Positions 1 through 8,156 of a stretch of DNA of 64,000 nt are shown here, piece by piece. How positions within the stretch are numbered: the stretch's first letter is position 1; every line of letters begins with the position of its first letter. Source of the stretch: Acidimicrobiaceae bacterium. GTDB lineage: Bacteria; Actinomycetota; Acidimicrobiia; Acidimicrobiales; RAAP-2. Both the position numbers and the translations under genes were made by a program. The DNA lies in the NCBI GenBank assembly GCA_025463285.1, contig JAOBWI010000003.1:2720-66719 (forward strand), in the 5' to 3' direction. The notes below the pieces were generated by a model. That model did not search any database and was not told the DNA's origin. It worked only from the letters and a program-made list of their open reading frames with translations.

Positions 1-9
1 AATCGTGAG

Positions 10-912
10 TCAATTTGACGGTCGAGAGAAATGGAGAGCAAGAAACTCCGCCGCTCGGTTAAGCGCCGCATCCCCTTCGTCGAGAAAGGCGGCATATCCC
101 TGGAACACATGTGGCACACCGGGGGTAACGTCCAGAATGACGGCCACGTCATCTTCAGCCGCCCGCTCGGCGAGTCGAATCGCGTCACTGAGGAGCAGTT
201 CGTGCGAGCCGACTTGCACTAACAAGGGCGGTAGTCCACTCAAGTCTCCATATATCGGGCTAATGAGAGGGTTTGATCGATCTGCCCGCGCTACATAGTC
301 GCTCACTCGTATGCGAAGGACCTCCTCTGTGAAGAGGGGGTCGAGGTCGCGCTTGTCGACAATGGATTTTCCAGAAAGTGTCAGATCGGCGTACGGCGAC
401 ATCAAAAAAGCTGATGACGGCATCGACATTGCTGCACTTTTCAGCGTGAGCAGAAGAGCGATCGCAAGGCCAGCGCCTGCCGATTCCCCCGCGAAAGCGA
501 TGTTTCTCGGAAGAATCCCTTGGGAAAGCAGTCCCTCGTAAGCCGCCTTGGCGTCTTCGAGGGCAGCGGGATATGGATCTTCGGGTGCGAGTCGGTAGTC
601 AACGCTCACCACCTTCGCATTGAAGCGCCGAGCCAGATCGCTTGCGAGGGGTACCGTCGCGTCGGCGGATCCGATCACGTACACGCCACCATGGAAGTAG
701 AGGATCACGCGAGAGGAGTTCGTGCCCCGAATAGAAATCTCAAGCGCACCCACCCCGCCAAAATCAATTCGAGTCTTCTCAACATCGTCGGCCACAGGAA
801 TATGCCGCATCACTTCGTCGAAGCCAGCCCGTAAAGCCGTCAGGTCGCCACTAAGGTCAAACGGCCGCTGACGCAGTGTGGCGTCAAGGCTTGCCTTTTG
901 TTCTTCGCTCAT
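10..912 (-). CDS. alpha/beta hydrolase, hormone-sensitive-lipase-type esterase/lipase
   Basis: 300-aa ORF with an HGG oxyanion box (LYFHGGVYVIGS) and a GxSxG nucleophile elbow (GESAGAG). Its ATG at 912 directly abuts the stop of the upstream gene at 913-915. Confidence 0.85.
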   Translation of the reverse strand: MSEEQKASLDATLRQRPFDLSGDLTALRAGFDEVMRHIPVADDVEKTRIDFGGVGALEISIRGTNSSRVILYFHGGVYVIGSADATVPLASDLARRFNAKVVSVDYRLAPEDPYPAALEDAKAAYEGLLSQGILPRNIAFAGESAGAGLAIALLLTLKSAAMSMPSSAFLMSPYADLTLSGKSIVDKRDLDPLFTEEVLRIRVSDYVARADRSNPLISPIYGDLSGLPPLLVQVGSHELLLSDAIRLAERAAEDDVAVILDVTPGVPHVFQGYAAFLDEGDAALNRAAEFLALHFSRPSN

Positions 913-1500
913 TTACCTCCTACCATCGCTTGAGGTGTCTTCTGGCTTGCGCAGAGGCGCCAAGGCGTCGCTCCAAGCAATGACTTCACTGAGCAACGTT
1001 TCGAGTGCCGGACCTTGATTCCCGCTAGGAACAAATTCCGTAAAATTTACGAAGTCAGTGATCAATGACAATGTCACATTGGTGCGTACGTCAGCCATCT
1101 TGAGCTCGCCAGCAATTAGCCGGAGGTGCTCGGCGGCTCTGGCACCGCCAATAACGCCATAAGACACCACACCCATTGCCTTGTTGTTCCACTCGGCAAA
1201 GAGATAATCGATCGCGTTCTTTAACACGCCAGAGGTCGAGTGGTTGTACTCAGGCGTCACAAAGATGAAGCCGTCGAATCGAGAGATTGTCGCCGCCCAA
1301 TCCTTAGTGTGCTGATTCTGATACTGACCCATGGCTGGTGGCATGGGCTCGTCCAAGTGTGGCAAGGGATAGTTCGCCAGATCGATGAGTTCGAAAGACG
1401 CATCGGTCCGTTGATGGGCGATCTCGAAAACCCACTTAGCGACCCCCTCACCACGACGCCCGGGTCTGGTGCTACCAAGAATGATCGCAATGTTTGTCAT
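913..1500 (-). CDS. NADPH-dependent FMN reductase family protein
   Basis: 195-aa ORF. The N-terminus IAIILGSTRPGRRG and the flavodoxin-like layout are typical of the NADPH-dependent FMN reductase family. Confidence 0.8.
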   Translation of the reverse strand: MTNIAIILGSTRPGRRGEGVAKWVFEIAHQRTDASFELIDLANYPLPHLDEPMPPAMGQYQNQHTKDWAATISRFDGFIFVTPEYNHSTSGVLKNAIDYLFAEWNNKAMGVVSYGVIGGARAAEHLRLIAGELKMADVRTNVTLSLITDFVNFTEFVPSGNQGPALETLLSEVIAWSDALAPLRKPEDTSSDGRR

Positions 1501-1516
1501 GACTCTTCCTTCTCTC

Positions 1517-2494
1517 TTAGGGATGAACCTGAATACCCAGACCGAGATCCAGGCGCAGCGACTCGAGTATCCACACGGCGGTGCTCAGCACGAAGGAGTC
1601 CATGTCGACGGCCGCAATACGGCCCGCGTACTTCGCGGCTAATGGCGCGCAGGCTCGACGCGCCACTTCGTCCAGGTGCTCGGCAACCGACGCCCACATG
1701 TTGGGCCAGTAGTGCTGGTAGTACGCGGTCGGGTCGAACGTCGTGAAGATCTGCGTCAGGTTGTCCCTGATCTCATTGACAAACTCTTTGTGAGTTTCGA
1801 CGTCCTCTCGAGAACCGAGCTTGCCCATGTGCCCGCTGATGAGGTGCGTCCACTCGTATCCCAGGGCCACGTCGGGCGCGGCGATGTAGCCGGGAACGTC
1901 GACGGCCAGGTTCAAGCTGTAGATCGGCACCCACCCCACGTTGATGACGTCCACCAGCATCAACGTGTCGTGGTTGGGAAAATAGATGTAGCTGTTGTCG
2001 GGCGAGTGGTTAGAGCCGTGCCAGCCGAGTTCAATCCGCTCTCCCCCAATCTCCAACGTGCGGCTGTCTTGGTACGTCTCCTCCGGCGCCGGTCGATTCG
2101 GGTCGTTGTCGCGCAACATCAGCTTTCGAGTCTCTTCGTGACCAATGCGCGTAATGTCGTTACCGAAGAGCGATGACGCGCTGGCGTGATCAGCGTGGTG
2201 GTGAGAGTGGATGAGGTAGTTCACTTTGTTGCTCACCCCGTTGGCGAAGGCGATCTCGTCAATGGCCCGCTGAATGTTGTGGCCGAGGGTTGCCGGCGCG
2301 TCGAAGAGGATGACGCCGTCGGGCGTGGTGAGAAACCCGCACTGGTAGACGCCGTCGGTCACCCAATAGAGGTTGCGCTCTACTCGTCCCACGTAGTAGC
2401 CCTGCTCGTTCACGGCGGGCCCGAGAGAGGACGCCGGGATCGGTGCGTAGTCGGGCAAGGTGTCAACGTTCACTGCGCTGGTATCTAAGTTCAT
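1517..2494 (-). CDS. MBL-fold metallo-hydrolase
   Basis: 325-aa ORF with the HxHxDH zinc motif (HSHHHADH). Confidence 0.8.
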   Translation of the reverse strand: MNLDTSAVNVDTLPDYAPIPASSLGPAVNEQGYYVGRVERNLYWVTDGVYQCGFLTTPDGVILFDAPATLGHNIQRAIDEIAFANGVSNKVNYLIHSHHHADHASASSLFGNDITRIGHEETRKLMLRDNDPNRPAPEETYQDSRTLEIGGERIELGWHGSNHSPDNSYIYFPNHDTLMLVDVINVGWVPIYSLNLAVDVPGYIAAPDVALGYEWTHLISGHMGKLGSREDVETHKEFVNEIRDNLTQIFTTFDPTAYYQHYWPNMWASVAEHLDEVARRACAPLAAKYAGRIAAVDMDSFVLSTAVWILESLRLDLGLGIQVHP

Positions 2495-2651
2495 GGCACT
2501 CTCCTTGTTGCTGGCCTAGCGAGATCGCCCGGTGCCCCCTTCTGGGGCTGCGATGGCTCCTCGAGAACAGGACATTACCTTCTTTTGTTTGCGTGGGCAA
2601 GCAATTTTCACTACACTCTTGGTGCCCGGCGGAGAACTAAGGAAACATTGG

Positions 2652-3125
2652 CTACGCCCGGCGTTCGATCGAGGAGTTTTCAATGCGGGCCGCCACTTCT
2701 GACAGGGCGCTCGCAATCCCCTCGATCGTCGACGGATCAAGGGAGTCGAAAAAATGGCATCGAGCGCTCGCGAGGTGAACCGGCCACGCGGACTTCAACT
2801 TCTCGATTCCCTTCGGAGTAATCCTGGCAACGTTGCCCCGGGCGTCGGCAGAGCTAGTGGTCTTGGTCACCAAACCTTGCGATTGCAGGCCGTCCACGAC
2901 ACGTGTCGTTCGACTGGCCGACAGTCCCGTGGTGCTCGCAAGGTCCGCCATTCTCAACTCGCCATTGACTGCCTCGGCGAGGTGCATGATCATCGTGTAC
3001 TCACTCGCCGAGAGACCGGCACCCCTCACGAGGTCGCTGTCCAGAAGCCGTGGAAGGACTTTCACAATGCGCATGAGCGCCCGCCAGAGCTCTTCTTCGT
3101 TGGCGGACAGCGGATCGACGGGCAC
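2652..3125 (-). CDS. MarR family transcriptional regulator
   Basis: 157-aa ORF with a winged-helix core (LSASEYTMIMHLAE...LRMADLASTTGLSASRTTRVVDGLQSQGLV). Divergent from the AKR gene. Confidence 0.8.
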   Translation of the reverse strand: MPVDPLSANEEELWRALMRIVKVLPRLLDSDLVRGAGLSASEYTMIMHLAEAVNGELRMADLASTTGLSASRTTRVVDGLQSQGLVTKTTSSADARGNVARITPKGIEKLKSAWPVHLASARCHFFDSLDPSTIEGIASALSEVAARIENSSIERRA

Positions 3126-3224
3126 TGCCCCCAGAGTAACTTGCTGAACCTAGCAACCAATGAAGGTCCCCGAGTTGTCGCCGGCACCGGCGGGGACGCC
3201 AGCGAAGTCCACAAGTGAGTCGGC

Positions 3225-4145
3225 GTGCCCTCAGAAAATAAAGACTCGGATAACATCAAAAGCACGCTGGAGTCAGCGGGTTCATTCGCGCTCGGTGCAT
3301 ACCGCGTCAATCGCATCGGGTACGGCGCCATGCAACTGGCCGGCGACAACGTGTTCGGCCCACCCCGCGACCGTGACGAAGCGCTACGAGTGCTACGCGC
3401 CGCCATTGACCACGGCGTCAATCACATTGACACGGCTCAGTACTACGGTCCTGGGACGGTCAACGAAGTAATCCGAGAGGCGCTGTATCCCTATCCGAGC
3501 GATCTAGCGATCGTCAGCAAAGTAGCCGCACGGCGAGACGACCGCGGCGCCGTCGTGGCGTACGACGATCCCGATCAACTACGTGAAGGAATAGAAGACA
3601 ACCTGGCAACATTAGGCGTCGACCGACTAGCCGCCGTGAATCTTCGACTCATGGATGATTCGCGTCCGGGTGAGCGATTCGACGCGCAACTTGCTTCGCT
3701 GGTACAAGCGCGAGATGAAGGACTCATCGGCGGCATTGGCCTCAGCAACATTTCTCGTGAACATCTTCAAAGAGCGCTCGGCCAAACCCAGATCGTCTGC
3801 GTTCAGAATCTTTTCAACCTGGCTGATCAGCGCTCCCTCGGACTCCTGCGCGAGTGCGCGGCGCACGGCATCGCCTTCGTCCCGTTCTGTCCGCTGGGAT
3901 GGCCGCGGGGAGTGCAGAATCTTCTTCTTACCAGCCCGGCGTTGGCGACTCTCGGCGAGCGCCTCCACGCTACGCCCGCCCAGATCGCGCTGGCCTGGCT
4001 ACTCGACGTCGCGCCTAACGTGCTTCTCATTCCCGGTACGCGTACACGAAGCCATCTGACTGAAAACATCCTTTCGGCCACCGTTCGGATGGATCACTCA
4101 GTGCGCGAAATGCTCGATCGGCACTTCCCGAGCGTTGCCAACTAA
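3225..4145 (+). CDS. aldo/keto reductase family oxidoreductase
   Basis: 306-aa ORF with AKR signatures (IGYGAMQLAG, IDTAQYYGPG, GIGLSN). Confidence 0.85.
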   Translation: MPSENKDSDNIKSTLESAGSFALGAYRVNRIGYGAMQLAGDNVFGPPRDRDEALRVLRAAIDHGVNHIDTAQYYGPGTVNEVIREALYPYPSDLAIVSKVAARRDDRGAVVAYDDPDQLREGIEDNLATLGVDRLAAVNLRLMDDSRPGERFDAQLASLVQARDEGLIGGIGLSNISREHLQRALGQTQIVCVQNLFNLADQRSLGLLRECAAHGIAFVPFCPLGWPRGVQNLLLTSPALATLGERLHATPAQIALAWLLDVAPNVLLIPGTRTRSHLTENILSATVRMDHSVREMLDRHFPSVAN

Positions 4146-4359
4146 CACCGCGACGGTTCACGTCAAACCCCGACTGGTCCGACGAGAAGTGCGGAGCCAC
4201 TCCCCTCTCCTAGAGAACGCGGGTTCGCCCTTTCAGGGCAATTCTTCCAGTAGCCTGCCTGATAATCGAGCGAGTACGTCCCTTTCATTCTCACCGTTCA
4301 CCCACGCACCACGTGAGTGGGAACAGTGGTGTAGCCAAAGGGCTTCGAACGCGAGCGCG

Positions 4360-6732
4360 ATGTCGCTAAGGCACCCGTTCGCCATCGGTGGAGATGTAGC
4401 CGGCTGGGTCAGGCGACACGACCCCAACTTCATGGCGCTTCGGCGTGCCACCCGCACGGCCATTGTCATGCCCGCCCTCTTTGCGTTCTGCGTCGAGGTC
4501 GCTGACAACTCAGCGATGGCCACCTACGCGGCGTTCGGCTCGATTGCCCTGCTGATGTTGGTTGACTTTTCTGGCTCCCTGCGCGCACGCCTTCAGGCGC
4601 AAGCGTGGCTGTGCGTGACAGGCGCCGTACTCATAGGTCTCGGCACTCTTACCTCTCAGACGCTCTGGCTCTCCGTTCTGGCCATGGGGGTCGTGGCGGT
4701 CGTGGTGCTCTTCTCCGGTGTGCTGAGCTCCGTTATCGCGAGCGCGGCCACCTCGCTCCTTTTAGTCTTCATTTTGTCGACGGCCGAGGCGGGGCCGGTT
4801 GCAATAATTCCCGATCGTCTCGCCGGTTGGGGCCTTGCCTCACTGGCCTCTCTCGTCGCGGTGGGGCTGTTCTGGCCGGCGCACAACCGCGACCCTCTTC
4901 GCCTCGCCGCCGCCACCGCGTGTCGAGCCCTTGCCCGGCGCCTTCGAGCCGACGTCGCGCACTGGAGCGGCGACGACACGCTGGACCCCGTCGCCTACGA
5001 AGGGGCGATAGAGACCGCCGACCAAGCGACCGACGCGTTGCACCGCGGCTTTCTCGCCGCGCCGTGGCGTCCCACGGGGCTCAGCGTGACCTCGCGGGCG
5101 ACCGTTCGACTGGTCGACGAGATTCTCTGGCTGGACACCTTGGTCGACCAAGCCGCTCGACCCACGGAGCGCTCTGCCTCGCATCAGTACGACTGTCGGA
5201 TTCGCTCGTCGTCCGCCGCCATTCTGGACATCGGCGCCGATGAGTTGGAGAGTCCTTCGATCTCCACATCGCGCTTAGGGGAGGCTCGCGAGGAGTTGGC
5301 GATCGCTCTCAAAGACTTAACGCATAACGCCACGTCCGGCGCTCCCCTCTCTCTGGGTGGTGACGCCCTGACGCCGAACGGTGAAGTCCCGTCCGAGCGC
5401 GGGCGCGAAGAAGAGACCATTCGGTACGTGAACTCTCTCGAGCCGAGCTTTCGGGCTCAGGAGATCGGATTCGTCGCGTCGCTCGTCGGCGCCACTATCG
5501 ACCTCGTATCGGCTGCCGAACGCCGTAGCTGGTTCGACACGATGGTGGGAGCGGTTCCGGGAGACCCAACCGGTCGACTGGGCGCGGCCCGAGAGAGTGC
5601 GGCGGCCCATCTGAACTGGCGTTCGGTGTGGCTTCACAACAGTCTGCGAGGCGCGGCGGGTCTGGCGATCGCCGTGTTGATCGCTGAGAAGACGGGCGTG
5701 CAGCATGCGTTCTGGGTAATCCTCGGCACCCTGTCGGTGCTGCGTTCGAGCGCCGTCAATACCGGCGCCAACGCCCTTCGGGCCCTGCTCGGCACGGCGA
5801 TCGGATTCATTCTGGGCGCGGTGCTACTTGTTGGGGTCGGCACGAACGTCACGGTCCTATGGTTTTTGTTGCCGGTCGCGATACTGGTTGCGGGTTTTGC
5901 CCCGGCGGCAATATCTTTCGCCGCCGGACAAGCCGGTTTCACTTTTACCCTCGTCATTCTCTGGAATATTCTCGGGCCGATCGGTTGGAGAGTGGGGCTC
6001 TATCGGATTGAAGACGTCGCCATCGGCTGCGCCGTGAGCGTCGGAGTCGGTCTGTTCTTCTGGCCGCGCGGTGCGGCCTCGGCTCTCGGCGCCACGTTGC
6101 GCGAGGCGTACGTAACATCCGCCGCATTCCTCAGCGCCGCCGTCATTCACGGCGCTGGACGATTCGATCGCGGCTCTGATCCGTCCACCTCGCCACTGAC
6201 CGAAGGCACGAACGCCGCCGCCGCATCTCGCCGTCTCGACGACGCCTTTCGCACCTACCTCGGCGAGCGAGGCTCAAAGCCAATACCTTTGGCCGACGCC
6301 GCGACCCTGTTGAGAGGCGTCGTGAGTCTGCGACAGACTGCCGACGCCATTGTTAACTTGTGGGAGGGCGACGCCGGGCACGACGAGGCGGCGCGCACTG
6401 GTGAGGCCAGCCAACTTTCGAAGGAAGTGCGCCTCATCGAGAGTTGGTACGACAACTTCGGTGCGGCGTTGACCGGCGCGGGGGAATTGCCAGTCCCGGT
6501 CGTTGAGAGTCTCGCGCTCGATCCGTCGCTGCTCGACGAGGTGGACAACTATCTGCGCGTCGCCGGCGCTGACGCCGGGGCCACGGCCGTTCGACTCGTT
6601 TGGACGAAGGACTATCTCGGTGCCACTCGTCGCCTCGAAGAGACCCTGGTGGGACCGGCCCGCGCCGCCTCTCCTCGTGCTCTCGGTTCCGCTGTTGTAC
6701 CGGCCGCGGGCGAGGCGGGTTCCTTCGAGTAG
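4360..6732 (+). CDS. FUSC (fusaric-acid-resistance-like) family membrane protein
   Basis: The ORF runs 4135-6732. I prefer the ATG at 4360 (MSLRHPF...) because the upstream 75 codons are Ser/Arg-rich and overlap the end of the AKR gene. Two multi-TM blocks are separated by a long soluble linker, as in FUSC_2 proteins. Confidence 0.7.
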   Translation: MSLRHPFAIGGDVAGWVRRHDPNFMALRRATRTAIVMPALFAFCVEVADNSAMATYAAFGSIALLMLVDFSGSLRARLQAQAWLCVTGAVLIGLGTLTSQTLWLSVLAMGVVAVVVLFSGVLSSVIASAATSLLLVFILSTAEAGPVAIIPDRLAGWGLASLASLVAVGLFWPAHNRDPLRLAAATACRALARRLRADVAHWSGDDTLDPVAYEGAIETADQATDALHRGFLAAPWRPTGLSVTSRATVRLVDEILWLDTLVDQAARPTERSASHQYDCRIRSSSAAILDIGADELESPSISTSRLGEAREELAIALKDLTHNATSGAPLSLGGDALTPNGEVPSERGREEETIRYVNSLEPSFRAQEIGFVASLVGATIDLVSAAERRSWFDTMVGAVPGDPTGRLGAARESAAAHLNWRSVWLHNSLRGAAGLAIAVLIAEKTGVQHAFWVILGTLSVLRSSAVNTGANALRALLGTAIGFILGAVLLVGVGTNVTVLWFLLPVAILVAGFAPAAISFAAGQAGFTFTLVILWNILGPIGWRVGLYRIEDVAIGCAVSVGVGLFFWPRGAASALGATLREAYVTSAAFLSAAVIHGAGRFDRGSDPSTSPLTEGTNAAAASRRLDDAFRTYLGERGSKPIPLADAATLLRGVVSLRQTADAIVNLWEGDAGHDEAARTGEASQLSKEVRLIESWYDNFGAALTGAGELPVPVVESLALDPSLLDEVDNYLRVAGADAGATAVRLVWTKDYLGATRRLEETLVGPARAASPRALGSAVVPAAGEAGSFE

Positions 6733-6905
6733 GCAGGGTTGAGCCGTGTCGGGTCGCGAATCCAGTCCCAGTACGTGGTTATCAAGATGTTGGTGTTGTT
6801 CCCCTGGAAGCGGTACTTTCGATCGGCGTCTTCACCGAATCGGGCCGTTCATCATCCTCGCTGCATATTTCTCCAGGCTCACGTAGTGGGGAGAGGCCAG
6901 TCCCC

Positions 6906-7580
6906 TTACGAGGTCGGCCCGCCCAGGGTCGTGGTGCGCTCTCCCTCAACGGCCAATCGACGGCACGACAGGATGAGGAGCGCTGCGAATCCGACGTTCG
7001 CCGCGATTTCTGAAATAAAAAGAAGGTGCAACCAGCCCACCACCGTCAAAAGCGAGAGTACGTCGCCGACGAGTTGAATGAACAAAAGCACCCCCACCCC
7101 CACTCCCGGTGATGGAGCCCACAGTCGATACAGCCATAAAGATCCGACTCCCACCACCAAAATGAGGGCGGTGCCGAGGGCAAAGTGAACGTCCTTGAGC
7201 GTCGGGCTAAGGGTATACACGTACGTGCTCACCATGACCGCGACGACGACGGCGCTGTAGCACGTGAGCAACACTCTTAGTTTCTTGCTTCGCTTGTCAC
7301 CGTCGCGATAGAGCAACGCCGCCCGATGGCTGTAGAGAGCGAGACTCAGCAAAGCGAGGGTGTAGGGAAGGGCGGTCTCGACGTGCACGCCGTAGTTGCT
7401 CATCCCACCTTCGTTGCGCTTCAAGACGAATCCGGGATGAAGGGCCACGCTGACGGCGGTGAAGAAGAGAAAGGCGATCTCCCCGCGAACGACGTACACC
7501 GCCGCACGGGCCCAGTCCGAGAGTGCGCGCCCTCGATCGCCGGCGCCCTTACCTGCTGTCCTTCGATTTGCTTGGAGCAT
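6906..7580 (-). CDS. hypothetical polytopic membrane protein
   Basis: 224-aa ORF with about six hydrophobic helices. No family recognised. Confidence 0.5.
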   Translation of the reverse strand: MLQANRRTAGKGAGDRGRALSDWARAAVYVVRGEIAFLFFTAVSVALHPGFVLKRNEGGMSNYGVHVETALPYTLALLSLALYSHRAALLYRDGDKRSKKLRVLLTCYSAVVVAVMVSTYVYTLSPTLKDVHFALGTALILVVGVGSLWLYRLWAPSPGVGVGVLLFIQLVGDVLSLLTVVGWLHLLFISEIAANVGFAALLILSCRRLAVEGERTTTLGGPTS

Positions 7581-7727
7581 TCGATCTATCCCATGACGTT
7601 AAATTCGCCTGTACAAACACGAGTGCCGAGCAGAAAGCGCCCCTAACGCTCTTCGATCAATATACGGGTCATCAGGAAGTCCGCGACAGGAAAGACGGCG
7701 TGGGTGAGTCGTTGATTAAGACGACTC

Positions 7728-7901
7728 TCAGTTTTCCTCTAGAGCGACGAACCAGTGCTCGTCTCGACTGAGTGAGCAGTCCGGATCGTCCGAGCAGATA
7801 TGAGCACCATCGCGTAGGAGAGCGGTTCCGTGACAGTGCTGTAGGTCGTTCTCGCACGATGAGCACGCTGTCCTGGGCTCTTGTTGTAGGGGCATCGACA
7901 T
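7728..7901 (-). CDS. small Cys/His-rich protein (putative zinc ribbon), 57 aa, below the ORF-track length cutoff
   Basis: Hand translation gives MSMPLQQEPRTACSSCENDLQHCHGTALLRDGAHICSDDPDCSLSRDEHWFVALEEN followed by TGA. The spacing is C-x2-C...C-x5-C with an HCH in between. The listed ORFs in the other frames here are Arg/Ser-rich junk. No clear Shine-Dalgarno. Confidence 0.3.
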   Translation of the reverse strand: MSMPLQQEPRTACSSCENDLQHCHGTALLRDGAHICSDDPDCSLSRDEHWFVALEEN

Positions 7902-8156
7902 GAGGTCAAGCTAGAGCGGCGCTGTGACATCGCCAGGGATATCGCTGAGATACCCAATATTTGAGGGACTATCCAGCCCCCAGCGCCAACTCTCGCCAGG
8001 GGCGAGATTTAGCGTGAGTCGCCCGACGAGGAACTCGGCCACAAAATTGGTGGGCGATGGTCACGCGAGTGTTGCTCCGCGACCAACGAGCAGTCACCCG
8101 ACTCTAAGGAAGCTTCGCTACGTTGCGGGCAACTCAAGATGACAAGGGAGGGCTTT

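Noticed and set aside
4135-4359. N-terminal 75-codon extension of the FUSC ORF
   Set aside because: It overlaps the AKR stop and is Ser/Arg/Pro-rich. The first hydrophobic and conserved region follows the ATG at 4360. I applied similar N-terminal trimming at 13154-13312, 36323-36652, 41355-41591 and 62577-62765, where the extensions overlap neighbouring real genes.
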